Assembly (NCBI GenBank): GCA_023131225.1
Contig: JAGLZW010000007.1
Span: forward strand, 24,289 to 88,288
Direction: 5' to 3'
DNA from: Candidatus Bathyarchaeota archaeon
GTDB taxonomy: Archaea > Thermoproteota > Bathyarchaeia > Bathyarchaeales > SOJC01
DNA length: 64,000 nt
Every line of letters starts with the position of its first letter. Positions within the stretch are counted from its first letter, which is position 1. Positions 37,442 through 46,022 of the stretch are shown one piece after another. Position numbers and translations under genes: made by a program. A model generated the notes under the pieces. The model made no database searches and was not told the origin of the DNA. It was given only the letters and a program-made list of their open reading frames with translations.

Positions 37442-38125
37442 TTACGTTTCTGGAGCCTGCTCCTTTCTATCCCGCTGCGTTAAATTACTTTGTTGAGCTT
37501 CTGCAGTAGCTCCAACTTTTTGCTCTTTTATAGGTGTTGTCGTCTCTTCTCGTGGCACCACAGCCGGCTGTGCTGCTGTCCTTTCTTGCGGTGCCGTATT
37601 TGTCGGGGGCTGCTGCAAAGTCCTCTCTTCTCTTGGCGCCGCGACTACTGTCTGCATAGTTTTCTCTTCTGTAGCTGTAGTGGCTGCAATACTTGCACTG
37701 ATCTGTGCAATAGACATTGGCTGTTGACTCGAATGAAGCAAATTTGATGGGGGATAAGGTGCATCAATCAAAGTGGCTAACAAATACATAGACATGAAGA
37801 CATTTTGGTATACTCTTTGAAACACGAAGGGAATCTGTGTCTCAGGATTTACTTCTAGCATTTTTTTGATTTCTTCATCTTTGCCCTGAAGCATAGCTAC
37901 CCCGTCCACTTCATACTTCACTATGCTCGGTTTAGTCCCTACTTTTAAGGCAAAAGTCACACTAATCTGCCCAATTCGCCGCTCACTCTCTTCCATTCGC
38001 GCATTCACGTCAAAGCTGACTATCTCTCCACTTCCGACGTTCTCTGCCAGTCTAACCCCTAGCAAACTGTGAATTTTTACTCTGACTGCAACAGCTGGCG
38101 AACTATTTGACGGGCAAATATTCAA
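37442..38125 (-). CDS. SecB-like-fold candidate with a disordered Pro/Glu/Thr-rich repeat tail
   Basis: The beta-rich N-terminal ~130 aa end in ...FVFQRVYQNVFMSMYLLATLIDAPYPPSNL (SecB-like terminal pattern). The tail carries APREERT / APQERTA / VPREETT repeats. Confidence 0.45.
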   Translation of the reverse strand: MNICPSNSSPAVAVRVKIHSLLGVRLAENVGSGEIVSFDVNARMEESERRIGQISVTFALKVGTKPSIVKYEVDGVAMLQGKDEEIKKMLEVNPETQIPFVFQRVYQNVFMSMYLLATLIDAPYPPSNLLHSSQQPMSIAQISASIAATTATEEKTMQTVVAAPREERTLQQPPTNTAPQERTAAQPAVVPREETTTPIKEQKVGATAEAQQSNLTQRDRKEQAPET

Positions 38126-38198
38126 TACCCCATTATTCAGTGGATTTTATAGATACTCAGTAAACAATCACCATTGGCCCTCAACAGTTTTTACTTTG

Positions 38199-38219
38199 TG
38201 TGTAAATCTCTGTTACACA
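38199..38219. promoter_or_regulatory. Palindromic operator TGTGTA-N9-TACACA (perfect 12-bp arms 38194-38205 / 38213-38224)
   Basis: CTTTGTGTGTAA-ATCTCTG-TTACACACAAAG, about 70 nt upstream of the minus-strand start at 38125. Confidence 0.55.
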
Positions 38220-38244
38220 CAAAGCAACTCGATAATTTAACCTT

Positions 38245-38793
38245 CTACGTCTCTTTCAGGATAGAAAAATCAGCTATATATTGAAACTTCTTTTCAAATT
38301 CTTGGTCTTCCTTGTGGCGGAGAACGATTTTCTCTGGAACACCATTACAAATGTAAATTATGTATATTATGCCTTTGCCAAGTCTGGATTTTTCCAGCTC
38401 TATTATAGAGTCCCTTACCTTTTCTAGTCGCCCTATTTTTCCATTAATTTCTTCTATAGCCTCAAAGAGAATCTCAGCTTCACTATGCTCAGATGCGCTG
38501 AGAACGATTTCCCTGAACTGAATCCAACCATCAGTTGACGATTTTGTCTTTTTTGATTTGCCTTTCTTTTTTGTTGTCTTAGCTTTTCCTTTCGGTTTCG
38601 TCTTTTGTAGTGCCGCCATTTTTTTAGCCCATTCTTTGTTTTCCTGCACAGCTTCTGAATCTCGCAGGAAAGAGCCAAGCCATTGGCTGTATTCTTCTGC
38701 CATTAATTTATATTGCTCTATGTCTTCTTCTAGAAATTCGTTTATTTCTTTTATTGAATAGAAACTGCGTATCTCTGTAACAACATTTCCCAA
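38245..38793 (-). CDS. Hypothetical protein with a central Lys-rich segment
   Basis: Helical acidic N-terminus, KPKGKAKTTKKKGKSKKTK linker, coiled-coil/beta C-terminus. Confidence 0.5.
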   Translation of the reverse strand: MGNVVTEIRSFYSIKEINEFLEEDIEQYKLMAEEYSQWLGSFLRDSEAVQENKEWAKKMAALQKTKPKGKAKTTKKKGKSKKTKSSTDGWIQFREIVLSASEHSEAEILFEAIEEINGKIGRLEKVRDSIIELEKSRLGKGIIYIIYICNGVPEKIVLRHKEDQEFEKKFQYIADFSILKET

Positions 38794-38823
38794 CTTCTAC
38801 ACCAAAAACGTAGTTAAGAGTTT

Positions 38824-39477
38824 CTAGCCCTCCCTTGCTATCACAGGTTTTCTTATTTCTTCATATTGAAGCATTTCAGAGGGTTCTTTCTCGTCTGGCG
38901 AGACCGCTTTTTGCAGATTTTTTAGTTCGTGTTTGATTTTCTCTAGGAGGCCAACTCTCTGGCTTATGTTCTTTCGGTAGGTTTTGATTGCCTTTTCAAG
39001 CTCTGGAATGATGACCATCATGACTGCCAAGATCGTGTCTGGGGGATAATCTTCCAGAAGTTTCGAGTCCACGTTATCGTCGTTTCTAATTATCGTCAAG
39101 TATCCTTCCTTGTTAAATTTGATTTTTCTGGCTCCCCTTAGCTTTGATATGCAATCTGGATGGATGTTAAAGGAAATCTTAAGATTTTTCAGGATTTGAG
39201 TTAAAAGACTGCAGAGCTCTTTTATCAGTTTTTTCTCCTCCAAAACGAAATCAGTTAGCTGCGAAGTCTCTTCACTTATTGCTTTCATAAACTCGTTAAA
39301 CTTGCTCCTAATCTCTTCATGCTTTTCTTTTGTGTCCCTGCTTTCTTCTACCTCTGCTGCTGCTTCGTTTTGTGGTTGGCTTGTATATGGAAAATAAGCA
39401 TCGTCTTGAGGAAGTGGCTGCCATGGAACATTTTCACTTTGGCTTTCTTGCGATTTCTCTTCCAGTTCTTCTGCCAT
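38824..39477 (-). CDS. Acidic coiled-coil protein, unknown function (paralog of 33918-34448)
   Basis: See 33918-34448. Acidic, disordered N-terminal ~60 aa. Confidence 0.55.
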   Translation of the reverse strand: MAEELEEKSQESQSENVPWQPLPQDDAYFPYTSQPQNEAAAEVEESRDTKEKHEEIRSKFNEFMKAISEETSQLTDFVLEEKKLIKELCSLLTQILKNLKISFNIHPDCISKLRGARKIKFNKEGYLTIIRNDDNVDSKLLEDYPPDTILAVMMVIIPELEKAIKTYRKNISQRVGLLEKIKHELKNLQKAVSPDEKEPSEMLQYEEIRKPVIAREG

Positions 39478-39729
39478 TCAATCATCACCTATGAACGTGT
39501 ACAGTTTTCTACAACGTTTTCGTAAAATAAGAGAATTTGTATGTGACAAAGCCTTACACACCAAGAGCTCTTGCCAATAATTCGCTAGAAAGTCCGCTTA
39601 CTCTCTTTAGATTCAGAAAAATCATAAAAGCAATAGTAAAATGTGGGTGCTTGCAGAGACTGCTTCTTTTGTACATTCATTAAAATAGAATACGAGTATG
39701 CCCAAAAAATTCTGTGGGTGTTGTCCACC

Positions 39730-41946
39730 TTATTTGCCAAAATCGATTTTTCTAAAATTGTTGAAAGGCTTTTGGTGATCGGCCAGACACTCTTTTAGGT
39801 AGTCTTTCAATGTCTCGCCAGCAACTACCTCTATGTCGTAGTCTCTGGGATCTATCGAATGTTTATAGTTTCTCGCTGGAATCATGACCTTTCTGAAGCC
39901 CCATGCCTCGGCAGCCTTGATTTTCTCGTGAAGTCCGCCTACAGCTGTTACGGGTATTTCTCCATCCACACCGACGTTAATTTCGCCAGTAACGGCGACG
40001 TCTTGACGGATTGATTTTCCTTCTATCAAGGAGCAGAGTAGAATGGTCATTGTAACGCCGGCGCTTGGTCCGTCAACGCCGTAAGATTGAGCAAAGTCTA
40101 TGTGAGTGAAAAAGTCTTGAGCCACGTCTACTCCATATTTTTGTAAAATGACACTTCTGACTTTTGCGACGCTGTCCGTAATAAACCGTTCTTTGCCACC
40201 TTTTGCGATTCCAGTTACTTTGTAGTATCCTTTCAGGTGATTATTATTTCCATTGTCACGCTTCTCTAGAAACCCTTTGACGGTCAATACGTTGCCCGTC
40301 ATTTCACCGCTGTATGGATCAGCAACGACTGCTAGACCGTAAATTCGACCAAGTCTTGCACCTTCGGGTTTAATGTCAAGAAGTTTGCCTCTTTCGCTTA
40401 TTTGGTGTTCAAGGATCTGCTTCTGAATTGTTTTGCAATGTTTTTCTATAGCTTCCCTCACATATTTTCTGTCAACAACTATGCAACCTTCCCTAATAGC
40501 TAAGGTCGCAGCAGTTTTCACTATAGATATCATTGGCCGAAATTTTGTCGTTAATCCGTCTCTTTTGTTGCTTCTTCTACGTCCTTCATCTATAATCTCT
40601 TCACATGCTTCTCTGCTGAAAGGTATTAGATGGAAACGTGAAACTTCTTGAGCAACAAATTGAACACATTTCCTTCGATTTTCAACAGTGTTGGGCATGT
40701 CGTTGTTCATTCTAACAACCTTGCCGTAGCCGTAGATTCTGTCCATAAGAGCAGGGTGTACATGTCCAATGCTGTCAAAGTTTCCAGCCCCTACCAGAAA
40801 GCACATGCATGGCACCGGTTCGGTAGCTACAGCCATCGCCGCGGTATTTCCTTCGTCCCAGCGGCTTCTCAAAGTAATAGATAACTGTCCATCTTCCAGT
40901 ACAGTTAACAAAGTCACTGTCTGGGACGGATTCAAGTTTTTAATCTCGTCAATGAAGAGGATGCCCGTATGTGCCCGGTGGACATCACCTGCCGACACCC
41001 TTTGATGTTCTGGTGTTCCTAAACCGCCAGTCTGCAGCGGGTCCCAAGCGATGCTGCCGAACAACTGTGCCGAACCATGACCTGTTGCGTCAATGAATGG
41101 TGCAACTCTCTTGGTGTTGTCCACTATGAGTTTTGGCACTTTAGTAGCCTTAGCTCCCCCAACACCTTTTGCGCCTCCCATCATTCCAAACCGTCCTAAA
41201 GCAACTACTAGTATCAGAAACATGAGCATCATGCCGGCTGGCAGGAATGTAGTGGTGCCTATGGAAACGAAGGCGTCCAGTATGTACGTGGCAAAGTTAC
41301 CTCCATACGCTTCTTGGACTGGTAACCCAAACGCGTTAGCAACATTGGCGTCCCATTGTAGTTTTTGTTGCAACAGATAGTAAAAACCCGCGAACATGAA
41401 GATAGATGCCACTCCGATCATCAAATAAATCAGAGCTTTCATTCCCACTTTTTGGAGAAAAAGTTTTTTGGTTTCTTTCAATTTTTGCTTAAAGATTACT
41501 TTTTTTCCTTCACCTGCAGGGTGGCAAGAAATTTTTGGTTCGCTGGGAATCAAATTGTTTTGCCAACAAACAACATCTTGAAGATGAATTTTATGCTTTT
41601 TATATAACTCAGTTAAATGAACAGCAAGTGCCCTGCCGATAAGAGACTTTCCAGTTCCCGGGTCGCCTAGCAGAAGTAAGTAAGGGCCTGGGGGAGCCGC
41701 CTTCGTGGCATTTGGTTTTTCTTTGTCAGGGTCTTTCCACGCGTCATACCATTTTTCTTTCTCAAGATTTTTGAGTTTGTGAACCCATTCGTCAAGGCAC
41801 AAGTAGCACTCGTTCAAAGCACGTTCTTGTCCGATGACCCAATCAAGAAGGTTGTCGGAGACGGGATAGCCTTCGGTAGATTTGAAGGTTCTCCAGTTCC
41901 ATTTCTTTCCACGGATCGTTTCTATTTCTTCTCCGAAATAATCCAC
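39730..41946 (-). CDS. lonB: Archaeal membrane-bound Lon protease (LonB)
   Basis: Walker A GDPGTGKS, Walker B LFIDEIKNL, two TM helices inserted in the AAA+ module, protease Ser in VDGPSAGVTM and Lys in GGLHEKIKAA. Confidence 0.9.
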   Translation of the reverse strand: MDYFGEEIETIRGKKWNWRTFKSTEGYPVSDNLLDWVIGQERALNECYLCLDEWVHKLKNLEKEKWYDAWKDPDKEKPNATKAAPPGPYLLLLGDPGTGKSLIGRALAVHLTELYKKHKIHLQDVVCWQNNLIPSEPKISCHPAGEGKKVIFKQKLKETKKLFLQKVGMKALIYLMIGVASIFMFAGFYYLLQQKLQWDANVANAFGLPVQEAYGGNFATYILDAFVSIGTTTFLPAGMMLMFLILVVALGRFGMMGGAKGVGGAKATKVPKLIVDNTKRVAPFIDATGHGSAQLFGSIAWDPLQTGGLGTPEHQRVSAGDVHRAHTGILFIDEIKNLNPSQTVTLLTVLEDGQLSITLRSRWDEGNTAAMAVATEPVPCMCFLVGAGNFDSIGHVHPALMDRIYGYGKVVRMNNDMPNTVENRRKCVQFVAQEVSRFHLIPFSREACEEIIDEGRRRSNKRDGLTTKFRPMISIVKTAATLAIREGCIVVDRKYVREAIEKHCKTIQKQILEHQISERGKLLDIKPEGARLGRIYGLAVVADPYSGEMTGNVLTVKGFLEKRDNGNNNHLKGYYKVTGIAKGGKERFITDSVAKVRSVILQKYGVDVAQDFFTHIDFAQSYGVDGPSAGVTMTILLCSLIEGKSIRQDVAVTGEINVGVDGEIPVTAVGGLHEKIKAAEAWGFRKVMIPARNYKHSIDPRDYDIEVVAGETLKDYLKECLADHQKPFNNFRKIDFGK

Positions 41947-42191
41947 TATTCTCCCTTCTGAACTTTCACAATGATGCGAGGCGGTCTCATCAGAAAACTA
42001 TGTCTCTAATCTTAATATACAGCTTATTTTCCACTAATTCATATGTCTCTTTCAAGAATATGTCTGCCAGATTTTGGATGTGTTGTTGATTTCTAATTCA
42101 TATTGTGAGTTCAGAAGTATAAAATAGAAGTTGAACTCAGAACTCGAACTTACTTCGATTCAGATTTAGAATATTTAAGGATGGTTTGCTC

Positions 42192-43109
42192 ATGGAAACA
42201 ATTGTAGAAAGCCCCCAAAAAGTTGTTAAACTTTATGACAAAAACACTGGGGTATGGAAATTTGTTAGAAAAGATAAGGGACCAATTAGATCCATAGAAC
42301 TCATTGAGAATATGTTTCAAAAGCTCGGTCTGTCTAAGAACGAAATCAGAGTCTATGTTTACCTTGCTCGTTTCAGAGAACAAAAAGCAAGTGAGATTTC
42401 TGAGGCACTTAGTCTCCACAGAACAGAAACCTACAGAATACTGCGAGACTTGGAAAAGAGAAGCTTAGTATCATCAGTTTTCGAGAAGCCTTTGAAATTC
42501 ATCGCTACACCTTTCGAACGGGCAATAGATGCTCTTATCGAGGCAAAGAAGCTGAGAATCCAGCGGTTAGAAAGGAAAAAGAAAGACTTGATCAACATAT
42601 GGCTCTCTCTTCCCCGTCCTGAAGTGAAACAGAACAGAAAGGAAGTCTTCCAGATACTTGAAGGTGAAGAGCAGATTGGTTTCAAGGCAAACGAAATAAT
42701 CCAAAACGCGCAGGGTGAAATCAACGTCTTTGCCTCTGAAGAAGACCTTGCAAGATTATACCATTCAGGTTTTATGGATAAACTTGAAAGGCTTTCAAAG
42801 AAAGACTTCGATGTTAAACTTCTGACATGTAATTCGCCGAAAAGCCGCTTTTTTGTTGAAAAAATAAGGCTGACGAATATGAGGTATGCGCTTTCAGATG
42901 TTAAAGATGTTCCCACGTTCATTTTGGTGGATCAAGAGCAGCTTCTCCTTACAATTAGAAAAAATACTGAAAATTATGGCGGAAAAGCGAAGCGGGCGAA
43001 AATTGCGGCTTTGTGGACGAATTACGGGGCTTTCGTTAAGGCTTTAGGGAAGCTTTTTTCGGAGTTGTGGAAGGTTGAAGAACCCTTGAAAATCGTTTCT
43101 TCATCTTAG
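42192..43109 (+). CDS. TrmB-family transcriptional regulator
   Basis: N-terminal wHTH GLSKNEIRVYVYLARFREQKASEISEALSLHRTETYRILRDLEKRSLV, coiled-coil arm, C-terminal domain. Confidence 0.75.
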   Translation: METIVESPQKVVKLYDKNTGVWKFVRKDKGPIRSIELIENMFQKLGLSKNEIRVYVYLARFREQKASEISEALSLHRTETYRILRDLEKRSLVSSVFEKPLKFIATPFERAIDALIEAKKLRIQRLERKKKDLINIWLSLPRPEVKQNRKEVFQILEGEEQIGFKANEIIQNAQGEINVFASEEDLARLYHSGFMDKLERLSKKDFDVKLLTCNSPKSRFFVEKIRLTNMRYALSDVKDVPTFILVDQEQLLLTIRKNTENYGGKAKRAKIAALWTNYGAFVKALGKLFSELWKVEEPLKIVSSS

Positions 43110-43166
43110 AAAACCACATTTTGTCACCGTATTTGAAAGAATAAACGTCGATTTTTATCGTTGCGT

Positions 43167-43191
43167 TGCGTCTTGTTTCGTTACACACAAA
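43167..43191. promoter_or_regulatory. Degenerate copy of the palindromic operator (TGCGTC-N9-TACACACAAA)
   Basis: The right half is identical to the other sites; the left half matches 4 of 6. Lies 57 nt upstream of pilin ATG 43248. Confidence 0.4.
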
Positions 43192-43247
43192 CGAACATAC
43201 TTCGCCGCGACATACTTTTGTATCAATAGTTGTTAGGTGGAAATATT

Positions 43248-43799
43248 ATGAAGCAAGTTTTAAGAAACAGGAAAGGTCTCAGCACAGTTGTTACAACTTT
43301 GATTATCCTAGTAGTTTCGGTGCTGCTTGCAACGGTGGTCACCTTCTACGCCATCAACGTAACAACGACCAGGGTTCAAGAAGAGAGTTTGCAACTGTCT
43401 AAGCAACATATTTGGCATAACGGTGCAGCTTTTGCAGAAGCAGCTGTTCTCATAATAAACACTGGCGGACGAGACATAGTAATGGACAAGATCACAGTTA
43501 GAGGTCAAGAATGCGCATGGAGTACGGTTTTCTACAACAAAACCACAAGCACCATCAACGCTGATCTTCAATATAATTCGACGCTTACGGATGGCGGTAG
43601 CATAACTATTGGCACGACACCGTACACATTCTCTGCAGCTAGCGACGATTTGATTTTGAAGTCCGGCTGGACCATGGTAATATACATAGCTAATCCTGAC
43701 CATGTATCAGTCAGCGACATAGGCGTTACTATTGGCATTACAGTCTTCACTGCCAACGCTCAATACTACAAAGAGTGCAACGTGGAAGCATCAGAATAA
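43248..43799 (+). CDS. Archaeal type IV pilin-like protein (class III signal peptide), paralog 1
   Basis: AGGTGG then ATG. MKQVLRNRKG/LSTVVTTLIILVVSVLLATVV fits the archaeal prepilin signal (basic residues, G, then a hydrophobic helix). Confidence 0.8.
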   Translation: MKQVLRNRKGLSTVVTTLIILVVSVLLATVVTFYAINVTTTRVQEESLQLSKQHIWHNGAAFAEAAVLIINTGGRDIVMDKITVRGQECAWSTVFYNKTTSTINADLQYNSTLTDGGSITIGTTPYTFSAASDDLILKSGWTMVIYIANPDHVSVSDIGVTIGITVFTANAQYYKECNVEASE

Positions 43800-43805
43800 C
43801 AAACC

Positions 43806-43825
43806 TTCCTTTTTTCATTTTCTTT
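43806..43825 (+). terminator. Oligo-T tract after pilin 1
   Basis: TTCCTTTTTTCATTTTCTTT begins 7 nt after the stop. Confidence 0.4.
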
Positions 43826-43892
43826 GAATATATAAAGCAAATACCTGTAGTTTGATCTGTTTGTCAAACTCGAGGATAATGCGCTTTCAGGA

Positions 43893-43917
43893 TGTGTAGT
43901 ATTGTTCTACACACAAA
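43893..43917. promoter_or_regulatory. Palindromic operator TGTGTA-N9-TACACACAAA
   Basis: TGTGTAGTATTGTTCTACACACAAA, 52 nt upstream of pilin-2 ATG 43969. Confidence 0.55.
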
Positions 43918-43968
43918 TTATCTTATTTCTTAAACGCTAAACTCTCGCCGATAAACGGAGAGAAAAAA

Positions 43969-44541
43969 ATGAAAAGTCTTTTGAAGAGTAAGAAAGGGCT
44001 CAGTACCGTAGTGACAACGCTGATAATCTTGGTAGTCTCAGTGCTACTTGCAACTGTCGTTACTTTCTACGCCATCAACGTGACCACAACCAGAGTAGAA
44101 GAAGAAAGCCTGCAAGTTTACAAGCTCCACACATGGCATGATGGCAACGTCTTTGCTGAAACGGGATTCCTAATAATCAATACGGGCGGTCGTGACATGG
44201 TTCTGGACAAAATCACTGTTAGAGGACAAGAATGTGCGTACACTAATGTGTGGTATAATAAAACCACTTCTACCATAAACGCAGATATACCTTATGTTAC
44301 ACCTACTAACGCTACTACAGGTGTTCTACCATCATATGTAATCATTGGCGGCACAAACTACACGTTAACTCAAGGATCTGCTGGAAGCGATTTGATTTTG
44401 AAGTCTGGCTGGAGCATAATAGTCTACATATCTAACCCAGATCACATTTCAGTTAGCGACATCGGTGTCACTGTGGGCATCAACGTCTTTACTGCCAATG
44501 CTCAGTACTACAAAGAAAGCAACGTAGAAGCAGCCTCTTAG
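43969..44541 (+). CDS. Archaeal type IV pilin-like protein (class III signal peptide), paralog 2
   Basis: MKSLLKSKKG/LSTVVTTLIILVVSVLLATVV. A 35-residue stretch is identical to paralog 1, and the proteins are similar throughout. Confidence 0.8.
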   Translation: MKSLLKSKKGLSTVVTTLIILVVSVLLATVVTFYAINVTTTRVEEESLQVYKLHTWHDGNVFAETGFLIINTGGRDMVLDKITVRGQECAYTNVWYNKTTSTINADIPYVTPTNATTGVLPSYVIIGGTNYTLTQGSAGSDLILKSGWSIIVYISNPDHISVSDIGVTVGINVFTANAQYYKESNVEAAS

Positions 44542-44577
44542 AAAAGAGGCATACCCTTTTCTTTTTTCCCATTTTTT
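44533..44577 (+). terminator. Hairpin GCCTCTT-AGAA-AAGAGGC plus T-rich tract at the end of pilin 2
   Basis: A 7-bp stem overlaps the stop codon, followed by CCCTTTTCTTTTTTCCCATTTTTT. Confidence 0.5.
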
Positions 44578-44621
44578 ATGAGACGATTACAGCGTCTTTG
44601 AATACGTATGCTGTATTCTGA

Positions 44622-44646
44622 TGTGTAGTACTGTTTTACACACAAA
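44622..44646. promoter_or_regulatory. Palindromic operator TGTGTA-N9-TACACACAAA
   Basis: TGTGTAGTACTGTTTTACACACAAA, 73 nt upstream of the 44719 start. Confidence 0.55.
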
Positions 44647-44718
44647 CCGTATTATTGCTTCTTCAAGAACCATTGGTTGAAGCTTCGTAGCTTACGGTTG
44701 CTAGTGAGGGCATGTTAA

Positions 44719-45561
44719 TTGAATCGCAGAAAAAGGAAGGTAGCGTTACGTTTCTTGCTGTCAAAAAGAGCAACTGCACTGCCTGTTTCATTTCTCATGT
44801 TATTTGTCTCCCTCACTCTAATCGTATCAGCAACCTACTACGTTTCTGTGGCTAAAATCCAAGCAAGAGGACAACTTCTCAACATAGCCGTGGCAAAACA
44901 AAACATGATCTGCTTCGAAGACTCTATAGGATTTACAGAGTGGTTTCCAGGCACTTCCAGCGTCTATCATTTCGAGGACTCGGGTGGTATATTTAAAACA
45001 TACCCCGTAGCGAAAAGCCTCTTAGTAAACGTTACAGACAACGATACATTCTACGCTGTGGTTTTTAATAGCAGCATAGGAAAGGCTGTTTACGAGTTAC
45101 CATCAGCTGAAATTGCGGTGTCTACGTTTTATATGAGTGGCGATAGGAGAGCAGTGATCAACCAAAGCGCGTTTACAATGGCGCAGCTCTATTTATCGCC
45201 TGGAATACCCTCGCCAGAGTTAACGCTTACCTATCGCCCTCTAGCAACCATAAGCGAAACTGGCTTCAGTCAAGGAAAACCAGTAAACACGCTTAGACTT
45301 TACATAATCAACTTGAACACGTCAACAACCCTGATTGCCCAAGGCGAATTCAACATCAAATCCACATGCATAAATGTAGTCTCCAACCTGCAAACCTACA
45401 ATTTCTCCTATCCGATAACCTCCATATTCGTTAAAGCAACTTTGGATGGAAGAAGCGACGCAGTGATACTTCCAGTATCAAGCAACGCAAGCGGAGCCTT
45501 CGTAAAAGTTGAAACCTTGGTGTGCAATGTCAAGCTGGAGAGGATACAGGGAGGAGCTTGA
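44719..45561 (+). CDS. Pilus-locus protein with a basic N-terminus and a single N-terminal hydrophobic helix
   Basis: TTG start; MNRRKRK...ALPVSFLMLFVSLTLIVSATYYV; beta-rich remainder. Confidence 0.6.
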   Translation: MNRRKRKVALRFLLSKRATALPVSFLMLFVSLTLIVSATYYVSVAKIQARGQLLNIAVAKQNMICFEDSIGFTEWFPGTSSVYHFEDSGGIFKTYPVAKSLLVNVTDNDTFYAVVFNSSIGKAVYELPSAEIAVSTFYMSGDRRAVINQSAFTMAQLYLSPGIPSPELTLTYRPLATISETGFSQGKPVNTLRLYIINLNTSTTLIAQGEFNIKSTCINVVSNLQTYNFSYPITSIFVKATLDGRSDAVILPVSSNASGAFVKVETLVCNVKLERIQGGA

Positions 45562-45563
45562 AG

Positions 45564-46022
45564 ATGCCGGCAATAGCGCCAAGTTATCTCTATGCCTTCT
45601 TCGCTTTGGTCGCAGTATCCACTATTCTCATTTCTTCCTTCAGTGCCTATGCAGCGACCTTAAGAACCATACCAGAGATGGAGCAATTGGAAAATTTGCT
45701 GGGCCGCATAGCATCAAAAGGATACGAGCTCATAACATTAACAACCGTAACAAACTCAACTTCAGAAGCGGTTTTGCAGCTACCTTCAGCCATCGGCAAC
45801 AAACAATACTGGATTAGACTTCGCAACATGACCTCAAAAGCATGGATTGAAGGTGCTTTGGGGTCAATACACAAAGGCAACATAGCCAACAGAGTATATC
45901 TCCCAAAAACGGTTTCTGCCCTAGGAAACTACTCTAGCGGCTACGGTCCAGCAGTTTTAAAATGTTACATGAACGGGTCAACGGTCAATCTTCATCTTAA
46001 TACTTGGAGGGAAAATGTGTGA
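45564..46022 (+). CDS. Pilus-locus small protein with an N-terminal hydrophobic helix
   Basis: GGGAGGAG then an ATG 2 nt after the upstream stop; MPAIAPSYLYAFFALVAVSTILISSF. Confidence 0.6.
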   Translation: MPAIAPSYLYAFFALVAVSTILISSFSAYAATLRTIPEMEQLENLLGRIASKGYELITLTTVTNSTSEAVLQLPSAIGNKQYWIRLRNMTSKAWIEGALGSIHKGNIANRVYLPKTVSALGNYSSGYGPAVLKCYMNGSTVNLHLNTWRENV

